NCBI GenBank assembly: GCA_027007025.1
Contig: JALTFL010000002.1
Coordinates: forward strand, 167,066 to 231,065
DNA length: 64,000 bases
Reading direction: 5' to 3'
Origin: Nanobdellati archaeon
Lineage (GTDB): Archaea > Nanobdellota > Nanobdellia > CSSed11-243R1
The notes below the pieces were generated by a model, which saw only the letters and a program-made list of their open reading frames with translations, had not been told where the DNA came from and made no database searches. Shown here in pieces: positions 18,904-27,053 of this stretch; position 1 is the stretch's first letter; each line of letters begins with the position of its first letter. The position numbers were made by a program, and so were the translations under genes.

Positions 18904-19461
18904 ATGGGAATTGGGGAAGCTTTGAAAACACTCTTTGGCGAAAGTGAAGATAAAACACTAAATTCTATTCTTGAAATAAGCTCCATATTCACGAATGCAT
19001 TTGACAAATTTACATTAACCGGACGCCTGGCGGTTGATTTACATTTTGATAAAATGTTCCCTGCCGCTAGTGAGGTTGAATTATTGAGCACTATTAATAA
19101 AATCAATCCTGCCGTTAATCACATACTTGATAGGGGTTACAAAATTCAGTCAGTTGTACATGGCGATGAATTTTACAAAGTTAACCTTGGGAAAGAAAGG
19201 TATAACATTACTATTTATGCGTTTTCCGCTTTGCCGAATACAATAAAGGACTCTGAAAAGAAGATGATTAAATACAATGATACGGCGTATGATATTTTGC
19301 TCGCAAGCCCGGAGGACATTTTTTTGGTAGGGTTGCTTTATGATAAAACTTATCATACTTTAATGAACGAAATAAACAAGGAGAAACTCTTTAAAAAATA
19401 TAATAACTTTTCAGAAGACTTAAAGGATAGAATGGATAAAAACTTTAATCTAAATCAATAG
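18904..19461 (+). CDS. hypothetical protein, possibly degenerate nucleotidyltransferase fold
   Basis: LTGRLAVDLH and ASPEDIFL resemble NTase motifs but DxD is absent. Confidence 0.5.
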   Translation: MGIGEALKTLFGESEDKTLNSILEISSIFTNAFDKFTLTGRLAVDLHFDKMFPAASEVELLSTINKINPAVNHILDRGYKIQSVVHGDEFYKVNLGKERYNITIYAFSALPNTIKDSEKKMIKYNDTAYDILLASPEDIFLVGLLYDKTYHTLMNEINKEKLFKKYNNFSEDLKDRMDKNFNLNQ

Positions 19462-20433
19462 TTTCCCTTTGTCATATATCAACCTAAAATTGCCTTTTTT
19501 TATCGCTATTAACTTAGCGTTTGTTAACAAATAATCCTCATGGTCGTTACAGTAATAAATCGAGCCGAATTCTCTGCTTGGTCCCCTTGCGATGTGCAAT
19601 CCTCTTTTCTCGCTTTCGAGGATTTCTGCGGTTGGATTTGAGTTTATGTTAAATCCAAGTCCAAGTTCGCCAATAACATCCCCATACTTGTACATTTTAG
19701 CGCCCTCTTTTAGGATTTTTTCCATCTCTTTGTCTTTGCTTTCAATGTTCACAACTTTTCCGTTCTCCCATGTGACAATTACTGGCTCTTTTAAGAGATG
19801 TTCCCCTGCTCGATATTCGACATACATCTTTCCGTTTGTCATATCCTCAATTGGTCCCGTGAATATTTCTCCGGCGGGGAGATTTCCAAATCCTCTTTCT
19901 TCGACAGTTAAATCATCAAGCCATCTCCTGTCGCCTATGAATAGATCTAGCTCATACTCTCTATTCGGTCCAGATAGAACTTTGAAGACATTGTAATTTT
20001 TCAGAATATTCTTTAGCCTAAGAGCATCTTGCTTCATTTGAGTATAATTTATATCAAATGGACCATTATTTCTGAGCATTTCTTCAGTTATACCGGGGCA
20101 GTGCGCAATTTTCCCTATTTTTTCCAATTCTGTTAGCAGTTGAATTCTCATTGGGCGCTCTTCCGAAAATGCTTCAAATAGTGTGATTGTTAAGTCCGGC
20201 TGTATTTCATTTATTATATGATCTAATTCTGTTGGAATTTCCTTAAGAGGTCTTTTGTAATTATCAATTTCAAAATTAGTTATCTCTCCATCAAATTTGC
20301 TTTTAAGGATTGCATCTTCGAAGGCGTCAACAACAGCTTTTTTATGTTTGTCTTGAACTATTAAAATTCTCTTCGTATTTTGAATTTCGTAAATCGCCTC
20401 AAGTGCGCTTTTTAACCCTTCAGTAACACTCAT
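19450..20433 (-). CDS. M29-like (aminopeptidase T) peptidase
   Basis: GNLPAGEIFTGP, IGELGLGFN, ESEK..LHIA, H.D. Confidence 0.8.
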   Translation of the reverse strand: MSVTEGLKSALEAIYEIQNTKRILIVQDKHKKAVVDAFEDAILKSKFDGEITNFEIDNYKRPLKEIPTELDHIINEIQPDLTITLFEAFSEERPMRIQLLTELEKIGKIAHCPGITEEMLRNNGPFDINYTQMKQDALRLKNILKNYNVFKVLSGPNREYELDLFIGDRRWLDDLTVEERGFGNLPAGEIFTGPIEDMTNGKMYVEYRAGEHLLKEPVIVTWENGKVVNIESKDKEMEKILKEGAKMYKYGDVIGELGLGFNINSNPTAEILESEKRGLHIARGPSREFGSIYYCNDHEDYLLTNAKLIAIKKGNFRLIYDKGKLLI

Positions 20434-20494
20434 AAAAACACCCCTATTACTATATATCAGTAACTAATTTATATTTATTCCCATTTTAGCTATT

Positions 20495-20713
20495 ATGATA
20501 ATCAAAGTAAAAGTTGTTCCAAAATCCTCAAAAGTCTCTGTTGAGCAAAGAGACGATGTTCTCCATGTCAAGTTAACCGCTCCTCCGGACAAGGGCAAGG
20601 CAAACAAGCAGTTGGTTGAAGTTTTAGCCCGACATTTCGGCGTCAAGAAGCAAATGGTTAAAATTTTAAAAGGCGAAACATCTCATAATAAAGTAATTGA
20701 AATTGAAATTTAA
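20495..20713 (+). CDS. DUF167/YggU family protein
   Basis: VKVVPKS, APPDKGKAN, ILKGETSHNK. Confidence 0.88.
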   Translation: MIIKVKVVPKSSKVSVEQRDDVLHVKLTAPPDKGKANKQLVEVLARHFGVKKQMVKILKGETSHNKVIEIEI

Positions 20714-20722
20714 TGCCTCAGC

Positions 20723-20757
20723 ACCGCCTTCTTAGGAAGAAGGTAGGTTGCCAAGAA
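20723..20757 (+). repeat. triplex-type element copy I (upstream of tRNA-Thr, not in a recognisable intron)
   Basis: gccttctt / aagaa / ggtaggttgcc / aagaa; nearly identical to copy F. Confidence 0.75.
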
Positions 20758-20786
20758 ATGCCTCGGTGGCATGATGTTGAGGTGAT

Positions 20787-20940
20787 GCCTCGGTGGCGCA
20801 GTCGGTAGCGCGTAAGCCTTTTCTTTCCGTAAGAAAAGCATTAAGGGAAAAGAGATGGCTGTGCAGTTGCTTGGTAATTGGCTGCGTTTGGAAGCTTTCC
20901 AATGAGCAAAAGGTCGTGGGTTCGAATCCCACCCGAGGCT
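20787..20940 (+). tRNA. tRNA-Thr(GGT) with 2 introns: 27/28 at 20814-20866 and 37/38 at 20877-20904
   Basis: Acceptor GCCTCGG/CCGAGGC, TTTGC-TTGGTAA-GCAAA after splicing; clean BHB GCGC-GT|A...GTGC-AG|T. Confidence 0.9.
20813..20853 (+). repeat. triplex-type element copy J (Thr 27/28 intron)
   Basis: cttttct / agaaaag / cattaagg / gaaaaga; related to copy H. Confidence 0.85.
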
Positions 20941-21030
20941 TTTATATATGCACTGTCTTATGTTAATTTTAACATTTTACAAGTGGTTACAAATAATAAT
21001 GCTTATAAATCAGCATTTTGTTATCCAACT

Positions 21031-21264
21031 ATGGGGCAAAAAGAGTTAGAAACTTTATTGAAAGAAGCAGGAATTGAAAAAGGAGATTTTGTTAAAATTT
21101 CTTTGAGGAATAAAGATTATCCAGTTTTTGGATATGTTAGATATATTTCTAATCGTCCTGTAAGCACAATTGTGTTTAATAAGGAAATAAACCAATATGA
21201 ATTTGGTGAAGAGGGTTATTTTGTTTATCTTGCTTTGTATCCTCCGGAAGAACTTAACCAATAA
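21031..21264 (+). CDS. hypothetical protein (possibly frameshift-truncated)
   Basis: ATG 21031 with TTATAAA upstream; the 5' part of the track ORF overlaps tRNA-Thr. Confidence 0.5.
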   Translation: MGQKELETLLKEAGIEKGDFVKISLRNKDYPVFGYVRYISNRPVSTIVFNKEINQYEFGEEGYFVYLALYPPEELNQ

Positions 21265-21445
21265 CACATATATTATCAATGATTTCTGAAAATGCATATG
21301 GTGTGTTTTTTGATAGGAATATAAAATCTATAAAAAAGATAAACCCAAATATTTTGGAAGAATTATGATAATTTTGGTTTAACCCAACGCTTTATTATTC
21401 TTCATGGTGATAACATTTTTAAACAGAAATTCTTTGTGTTACTTT

Positions 21446-21814
21446 ATGACTTATTTGCAATTTATAATGGGTATTGGAAATCCTATTGTTGATGGGATAT
21501 ACTTCCCTCTGTACTTTGAGAACCACAAGGAGTTTGTACAATATATAAAAAGTAATCATCTTACTTATTTAAGATATGAGGAACTTCCTGCTTTGACGTT
21601 GGAATCCACATTCGCCGAAAAGGATGAAGAGATTAAAAAAATACTTAACGAGGCGTCCGCGGACACGTCTATAGTGGAAGTTTTGCATAAAGGTAGCAGA
21701 CTTTTTCCAAAGAGTATGGGAAGATATGTGGCAGATGTAACACCAATTAAGTTTAATCTAAATGAAAATTTTATAAAAATGAGTGGTATTTCAATGAAGT
21801 TGTCTGATTATTAA
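21446..21814 (+). CDS. hypothetical protein
   Basis: ORF with TTTTTAAA ~25 nt upstream of ATG 21446. Confidence 0.55.
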   Translation: MTYLQFIMGIGNPIVDGIYFPLYFENHKEFVQYIKSNHLTYLRYEELPALTLESTFAEKDEEIKKILNEASADTSIVEVLHKGSRLFPKSMGRYVADVTPIKFNLNENFIKMSGISMKLSDY

Positions 21815-21948
21815 ATGCTCTAGTTGAGTTTTATTTTATTCTTGAAGCGTAAGTCATATAAACCTATGCAAAGTGGATTATTTGTCGTAAGGCGCTAAAG
21901 CGCGTGCTAGTTCTTTGCGGCGGAAAAATTAGTAAAAGGTGAAAAATT

Positions 21949-22146
21949 TTGGAAGGAACTGTAAAATTTTATAACAGCAAAAAAAGATTCGGATTTATAT
22001 CCGGAGATGACGGAAAAGATTACTTCTTCCACTTTAGTGGAATAGAAAGAGGGGAGTTTGTCAAAGACAACGACAAAGTTTCCTTTGAGGTAGTAGAGGG
22101 CGACAAAGGTCCTAAAGCAGAACACGTGAAAGTAATTAAAGAGTGA
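21949..22146 (+). CDS. cspA: cold-shock domain protein (TTG start)
   Basis: GTVKFYN, RFGFI (RNP1), FFHFS (RNP2), KGPKA; AGGTGA SD. Confidence 0.92.
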   Translation: MEGTVKFYNSKKRFGFISGDDGKDYFFHFSGIERGEFVKDNDKVSFEVVEGDKGPKAEHVKVIKE

Positions 22147-22187
22147 ATTATATTTTCTTTAAATTTTTTATTTTTTTATAGCTTTTG

Positions 22188-22817
22188 CTAAATATCTTGA
22201 AGTAGGATAGCATCTAAGTTAATTGGTATAACATTTCCATTTTTATCTATTAATCCTTTTTTCTTTAGTCTGTTTATACTTTCATCCTCTATTGGGATAC
22301 CATTACGTACGGCTTTATATTCTTCAAAAAGTCTAGGTGTTTCTTCACGCACGTATATTACAGATGAGTAGGCATTCACAAGTTCACTGTTGATTATTAA
22401 CTTTCCTCCTTGTCTCTTAAGTAATTCTAACTCCAATGCTGTAGAAACTGTTGGGTCATTTCTACTCTTGTAAGTGTCATTACCGCTATCAATCATCATT
22501 CTTAGTATACCAACAATAGATTTAATTGATTTGTATCTTCTCCTTTTGCTTGCTACTTCTTTTTTTATTGATTCTACTTCCTTATATGGCAAAAATTTTT
22601 CTATTTCGTATAGCTCATCATCTATTTTTTCAAGAATTCCAACGTCATTTAGAATTGTGATTAGTCGTTTAACATAGTCCCTACTTACTTTTTCATTTGG
22701 CTTTGAAATTTTTCTTAGATAATTTAAGAGCTCATCTTCTGAAAATTTTGTTATCCCATTGTCTTTAATAAAATTGTATAATTTTTCTATAGTCTCCTGT
22801 GGTGAGTGATACCCCAT
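22188..22817 (-). CDS. hypothetical protein, possible winged-helix domains
   Basis: Helix-LxxxGIL-wing patterns repeated. Confidence 0.55.
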   Translation of the reverse strand: MGYHSPQETIEKLYNFIKDNGITKFSEDELLNYLRKISKPNEKVSRDYVKRLITILNDVGILEKIDDELYEIEKFLPYKEVESIKKEVASKRRRYKSIKSIVGILRMMIDSGNDTYKSRNDPTVSTALELELLKRQGGKLIINSELVNAYSSVIYVREETPRLFEEYKAVRNGIPIEDESINRLKKKGLIDKNGNVIPINLDAILLQDI

Positions 22818-22858
22818 ACATCCATCAAGGGGTATACTATTTTAAAACTTTACTATTC

Positions 22859-23287
22859 CTAAGAGATGACATCAATGACTTTTATTTTAAAATTTAGTGT
22901 CTTACCTGCTAGTGGAGGATTCAAGTCAACAGTTACTTTTTCATCCCCTATCTTTGTAATTCTCGCGGGCAATTGTCCCAAGTTTGGAACATCAATTCCA
23001 ATCGTCGCTCCTTCCTTCAATTCCATACTTTCGGGGAACTGCTTTTTTGGTATCTCAGCTATAAGCTCTGGGTTTGGCTGCCCGTACGCCTTTTCAGGAG
23101 GCAATTTAACATCCTTTTCTTCTCCCTTTTCCATACCTATTACAGCTTCTTCAAATCCTTTTATCAAGCTGCCGTCTCCGACCTTGAACTCCAGGGGCTG
23201 CTGCCCTTTGTTTGTGTCAAATACAGTCCCGTCTTCTAGTGTTCCTGTATACTCTACTTTTACTATATCTCCTTCCTTAATAGCCAT
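22859..23287 (-). CDS. slyD: FKBP-type peptidyl-prolyl isomerase (SlyD-like)
   Basis: YTGTLEDGTVFDT, LIKGFEEA, PEKAYG, DLNPPLAGKTLNF. Confidence 0.9.
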   Translation of the reverse strand: MAIKEGDIVKVEYTGTLEDGTVFDTNKGQQPLEFKVGDGSLIKGFEEAVIGMEKGEEKDVKLPPEKAYGQPNPELIAEIPKKQFPESMELKEGATIGIDVPNLGQLPARITKIGDEKVTVDLNPPLAGKTLNFKIKVIDVIS

Positions 23288-23300
23288 TATATCAACTCCT

Positions 23301-23603
23301 TTACTTCCCAAGAATTTTTGAGAAAAATGATTTTTTGGTTTGTGGATGTAACTTTCTGTCAATTAAATCCACTACTTTCTCTTCAGTTATCTCTCCTCTT
23401 ATCATCTCACCATCAACAAACACCGCTGGAACTCCGAGCAAGTCATATCTTGCTGCCTTTGCCTTTCCTTCAGGTGTTGTTGTTCTATACTTATGAAAAT
23501 CTATTTCATCTCCCTTAAACTTTTTTCTTGCCTTCGCCACGGCGAGCTTAGCCGCTGGACAATGAGGGCAATTTGGAGAAACGAACAATTCCACTAATAC
23601 CAT
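23301..23603 (-). CDS. thioredoxin/glutaredoxin-like protein
   Basis: CPHC active site, GVPAVFVDG. Confidence 0.85.
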   Translation of the reverse strand: MVLVELFVSPNCPHCPAAKLAVAKARKKFKGDEIDFHKYRTTTPEGKAKAARYDLLGVPAVFVDGEMIRGEITEEKVVDLIDRKLHPQTKKSFFSKILGK

Positions 23604-23629
23604 ACTACTTTTTCCAAATTAACTCTTTA

Positions 23630-23746
23630 TTAATCTTTTGTAAAACTTCTCTTTGCGCCGCATTTCGGGCAAACCTGGGGAGGAATAGATGGTGCCCTTT
23701 GGTATGGTAATACATAACCACATTTTTTACATCGCCATTCTGCCAT
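23630..23746 (-). CDS. rubredoxin-like small protein (38 aa)
   Basis: WRCKKCGY...PPQVCPKCGA. Confidence 0.7.
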   Translation of the reverse strand: MAEWRCKKCGYVLPYQRAPSIPPQVCPKCGAKRSFTKD

Positions 23747-23888
23747 AGACGTTACTTTATTGTCATCCTTTAAATCATTTGTGTGAGAATCTTTGATAAT
23801 TTGTCCCTCTTTGGTGAAATTATAACTTGTATCAATATAAATCACAACATTTAAAAAATGTCAATTTAATTTTTAGTTTGGTGATAAA

Positions 23889-24173
23889 GTGGCAGTAGTT
23901 GAGAGAGTGTTTTATGTTGAGAAGAAAGATGTATTTGACAATGATGCGCTGAAAATGCTTGGGTTTAAGTATGAAAGCGCGGCAACTTTGGGCGAGGACA
24001 AGTCCGGATATTTTATGATAATAAAAGCAGATGAAAACGAGTTTGACAAAGAAGAAATAAAATCCGCTCTTAAGGACACAACGGAATTGAGCGGAGAAGA
24101 AAAACAGAAAATAATAAATAAGTTTAAAGAAATTGAAGATAATGCAGCAAGCGGCTTTGCCATGTTTGATTGA
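23889..24173 (+). CDS. hypothetical protein
   Basis: GGTGA SD, GTG start, 94 aa. Confidence 0.65.
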   Translation: MAVVERVFYVEKKDVFDNDALKMLGFKYESAATLGEDKSGYFMIIKADENEFDKEEIKSALKDTTELSGEEKQKIINKFKEIEDNAASGFAMFD

Positions 24174-24197
24174 TGTTTTTGTGCGCCGTTAGTCTAG

Positions 24198-24233
24198 CGA
24201 CCTTTTCTCTCGAGAAAAGCTCGACCAAAAGAG
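24198..24233 (+). repeat. triplex-type element copy K (Gly-TCC 15/16 intron)
   Basis: ttttctc / gagaaaa / gctcgacc / aaaagag. Confidence 0.85.
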
Positions 24234-24270
24234 AGAAGGTTGGACAATGGTTAGGATCCGAGCCTTCCAC

Positions 24271-24310
24271 CAACCCTTTCTTTCCAAAAGAAAGCGTTGA
24301 CGGAAAGAAA
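24271..24310 (+). repeat. triplex-type element copy L (Gly-TCC 37/38 intron)
   Basis: ctttcttt / aaagaaag / cgttgacg / gaaagaaa. Confidence 0.85.
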
Positions 24311-24343
24311 GGTAGGAGGTGAGCTCGTGACCCGGGTTCAAAA

Positions 24344-24388
24344 GCACTTTCTCTCTTTGAAAAGAGAGAACCTGCGCTAAGAGAGAAA
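24344..24388 (+). repeat. triplex-type element copy M (Gly-TCC 59/60 intron; identical to E)
   Basis: Identical sequence to 9735-9779. Confidence 0.88.
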
Positions 24389-24477
24389 CTTGGCGAGTGT
24401 TTGAAAGTCCCGGACGGCGCATTTTTTTCTTTTTTAAAAAACCAAAATTTAAAAAGAGGGTTAGTTGTTGATTTAAT

Positions 24478-25257
24478 GTGGAAAATCTGAGGGATTTGTT
24501 CAGCGAAGTAAAGAATCTAAGAGACAAAAAAAGGAACATGCTTGATAAGATTAGAGTAATTAATAATTCTATTCATACAAAGATGGAAAAAAAGAAGGAA
24601 ATTGCCAAGATTGTCAAGAAAAACAAAGGAGAGCGAGATAGAATTGTAGAAGAAATCAAGAAATTGATGGAGAAATTAAAAAGCATACCAAAGTCAGATA
24701 TCAAAGAGGATCCTAGAAGGATAAGAAAATTGATTGAAAGACTTGACTGGAAAATCCAGACAGAAGTTATGCCATACAAGAAGGAGCAGGAGCTCACGAA
24801 GAAGATAAAGGAACTACAGGTGCAGGCGGAGGAGCTTGAAAAGAAATACATAGGCATGAGAGAAAGGGGCAAAATAGAAAACGAAATCAAGCATCTGGAA
24901 CAGGAAAAGAGACTGCTTCATTCAACAGTCATCTCATATTCAAAGCAGTGGAAGGAGATTCATTCTGAAATCGAAAGTTTGATGGAAAAGAAAAACGAGC
25001 TTTTCAAGAAGATGGATGAGATTAATTCTAAAGTAAAAGAAATTGATGCCAAGATAGATTCTGTTAAGAAGGAAATTGGCAGGGAAAAAGCCAAAAGGAT
25101 AGAAGCCGAAGTTTTGGAGAGGGAAAAACGCAGCAAGATAATCAAAGACAAAATAAATGAAAAATTGCTTGAAGTCAAGGAAAAATTCAAGCATAAGAAG
25201 AAGCTGACAAAAGATGATTTGATGATACTCCAAGCGGCAGACGAAGGAATAATCTAA
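24478..25257 (+). CDS. archaeal coiled-coil protein (COG1340-like)
   Basis: IERLDWKIQTEVMPYKKEQEL and C-terminal KKLTKDDLMILQ pattern. Confidence 0.75.
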   Translation: MENLRDLFSEVKNLRDKKRNMLDKIRVINNSIHTKMEKKKEIAKIVKKNKGERDRIVEEIKKLMEKLKSIPKSDIKEDPRRIRKLIERLDWKIQTEVMPYKKEQELTKKIKELQVQAEELEKKYIGMRERGKIENEIKHLEQEKRLLHSTVISYSKQWKEIHSEIESLMEKKNELFKKMDEINSKVKEIDAKIDSVKKEIGREKAKRIEAEVLEREKRSKIIKDKINEKLLEVKEKFKHKKKLTKDDLMILQAADEGII

Positions 25258-25259
25258 AA

Positions 25260-25297
25260 GCACCTTCTTAAAGAGAAGCTGCACCAAGAAAAGAAAG
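25260..25297 (+). repeat. triplex-type element copy N (intergenic, upstream of tRNA-Gly-CCC)
   Basis: cttct / agaa / gctgcacc / aaga; same spacer as copy G. Confidence 0.75.
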
Positions 25298-25333
25298 TTT
25301 TATCAAAGAAATTATTTATAATAAATACTAAAA

Positions 25334-25454
25334 GCGCCACTAGTCTATTGGTAGGATACGAGCTTCCCAAGACCTTTTCTTTGGGAAAGAAAAGCTCTAC
25401 CAAAAGAAAGGTTGTAAACAGCTCGGGAGCCGGGTTCGATTCCCGGGTGGCGCA
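25334..25454 (+). tRNA. tRNA-Gly(CCC) with 37/38 intron at 25370-25419
   Basis: Acceptor GCGCCAC/GTGGCGC, CGAGC-TTCCCAA-GCTCG, T-arm CCGGG-TTCGATT-CCCGG. Confidence 0.92.
25370..25411 (+). repeat. triplex-type element copy O (Gly-CCC 37/38 intron)
   Basis: ttttcttt / ggaaagaaaa / gctctacc / aaaagaaagg (10-nt perfect mirror). Confidence 0.88.
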
Positions 25455-25545
25455 TTCTTCAGAAATATTTATATTTGATGATTACTTATTATATGATATC
25501 ACCATTTCTTTGCGTTTGGCGTTTAAATTACAAAGGGGGTAGATT

Positions 25546-26043
25546 ATGAAAAGATACGATAAAATAGATATAAGCTTAGATGAAAGAGGGGAATTATTGG
25601 ATGAACAACTTGGGGAAGATTTGTTAAGTGATACGACTTTGGTTTACATACAACAGATTGTTTCTGAAAAGATGTATTTTGGCAATAATGAAGTGGTGGA
25701 AGATGTAATGGGAAATGCTATGTTTGAGTACGATTTTGGTAATGAAGAAGTAAATATCCCATCAAGAGAAGAAGTAAATATCCCATCAAAAGAAGAAGAT
25801 ATGGACTACAATGTAAACCATACAAATTTGAGATATATGTTTCATCCATTGAGTGCTGTGTTTGATCATGCTGTAGAAACAGAGGAAGAGAAGAAGTGGA
25901 AGGATGAAAAGGAACTCGAAGGTATGGATTCATTATTGAATCCAGATAAGAACCATGCTGAAGAAACCAACTCTATATTCAGTGGACCAGAAATAGACAA
26001 TCCTGGATGGGAAGACCCTCCAGAAGATGACGACGACGAGTAA
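25546..26043 (+). CDS. acidic hypothetical protein
   Basis: D/E-rich 165 aa with acidic tail. Confidence 0.6.
   Translation: MKRYDKIDISLDERGELLDEQLGEDLLSDTTLVYIQQIVSEKMYFGNNEVVEDVMGNAMFEYDFGNEEVNIPSREEVNIPSKEEDMDYNVNHTNLRYMFHPLSAVFDHAVETEEEKKWKDEKELEGMDSLLNPDKNHAEETNSIFSGPEIDNPGWEDPPEDDDDE
25744..25798 (+). repeat. 24-bp in-frame tandem duplication (EEVNIPSR/EEVNIPSK)
   Basis: gaagaagtaaatatcccatcaaRa x2 plus partial copy. Confidence 0.85.
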
Positions 26044-26075
26044 TTGCATTGCTGGTGAGTGATGTGTACACATTC

Positions 26076-26099
26076 ACCCCTCATTTGAGGGGTTTTTTT
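26076..26099 (+). terminator. hairpin plus T-tract terminator candidate
   Basis: ACCCCTCA-TT-TGAGGGGT running into a T run, 32 nt after the stop. Confidence 0.55.
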
Positions 26100-26225
26100 C
26101 TATAAATAGTATACATTAAGTTTATTGTTATAATATTATTCTTAGTGATTTTTAGGTGTAAATGGATAATTTTATTAATCATTGAAGACAGTAACTTCAT
26201 AAAACTTAAGGAGGATGTGAAAGAA

Positions 26226-26375
26226 ATGTATGAATTTGGAGAATTTAAAGGAAGAAAAACTATAAAGCTTATGCGGACGCCAGACGACAAATATCCATTC
26301 ATATTTGGAAGGGCAAAAGCAAAGCTAATTGTTGAGAATTATGAGGTAATAAAGAAGTTTGCTGAGGAAGAATAA
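26226..26375 (+). CDS. small hypothetical protein (49 aa)
   Basis: GAGGA SD; EFKG...YPFIFGRAKAKLIVEN...IKKF. Confidence 0.7.
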   Translation: MYEFGEFKGRKTIKLMRTPDDKYPFIFGRAKAKLIVENYEVIKKFAEEE

Positions 26376-26462
26376 TTATTTTTCCTTTCTTCTTTTCCTT
26401 CTTGCCCTTCTTATTTTATCGTAACTTCCAGTTCTTCTTTTTCCTCTTCCTGCTTTTGACAT
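26376..26462 (-). CDS. candidate 28-aa Arg/Lys-rich micro-protein MSKAGRGKRRTGSYDKIRRARRKRRKEK
   Basis: ATG..TAA abuts the convergent gene's stop; TAAATAAA ~25 nt upstream. Confidence 0.55.
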   Translation of the reverse strand: MSKAGRGKRRTGSYDKIRRARRKRRKEK

Positions 26463-26538
26463 AAATTTTTGAATGAGAGTAAGCTTTATTTAGCTTTCTA
26501 TCGCCAATTTTAAAAGACAGCAATGCTAATCAAATACT

Positions 26539-27051
26539 ATGAAACTTGTTGCTGTTTTGGCAATCGTACTGATAGTTTTTTCGCTTGGATGCGTTTCAAG
26601 TGGGAGACATGATGGAGGTGTCACCATGAAGGTTGAAAGTTCAGACTTGGGGGAATTTGTCCCAAAGCAATTCACATGCGACGGAGAGGGCATAAGCCCT
26701 TCTTTAAGTTGGAGCGGTTTCCCAAACGAGACAAAGTCATTTGCAATTGCGGTTAAAGACCCTGACGCGCCAATGGGAACATGGATTCATTGGCTCGTTT
26801 ACAACATCCCAAAAAATAAGACACATATCGCGCAAAACGAAATTCCGGGAACAGAAGTTATAAACGACTTCAAAAAGGAGCACTATGGGGGACCATGCCC
26901 GCCGTCCGGAACGCACAGGTATTATTTCATTGTTTATGCCCTTGATGTAGCTGACTTGGGGAAGATAAGTGACAAAAATGAATTTTTCGAAAAAGTTGAA
27001 TCCCATACAATTGCAAAGGGAGAATTAATGAGTAAGTATAGTAGGGAATAA
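26539..27051 (+). CDS. YbhB/YbcL (PEBP) family lipoprotein
   Basis: Lipobox SLGC; DPDAP, WIHW, YGGPCPPSGTHRY. Confidence 0.9.
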   Translation: MKLVAVLAIVLIVFSLGCVSSGRHDGGVTMKVESSDLGEFVPKQFTCDGEGISPSLSWSGFPNETKSFAIAVKDPDAPMGTWIHWLVYNIPKNKTHIAQNEIPGTEVINDFKKEHYGGPCPPSGTHRYYFIVYALDVADLGKISDKNEFFEKVESHTIAKGELMSKYSRE

Positions 27052-27053
27052 TT

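Larger units (their letters stand above)
24183..24421 (+). tRNA. tRNA-Gly(TCC) with 3 introns: 15/16 at 24198-24247, 37/38 at 24270-24321, 59/60 at 24343-24407
   Basis: Acceptor GCGCCGT/ACGGCGC, CGAGC-CTTCCAA-GCTCG; BHB GTCT-AG|C...GGAC-AA|T and CTTC-CA|C...GAGG-TG|A. Confidence 0.92.

Noticed and set aside
20877-20904. tRNA-Thr 37/38 intron as an element copy
   Set aside because: Short 28-nt intron with only a ttggaa/ttccaa hairpin; no Y/R/mirror tracts
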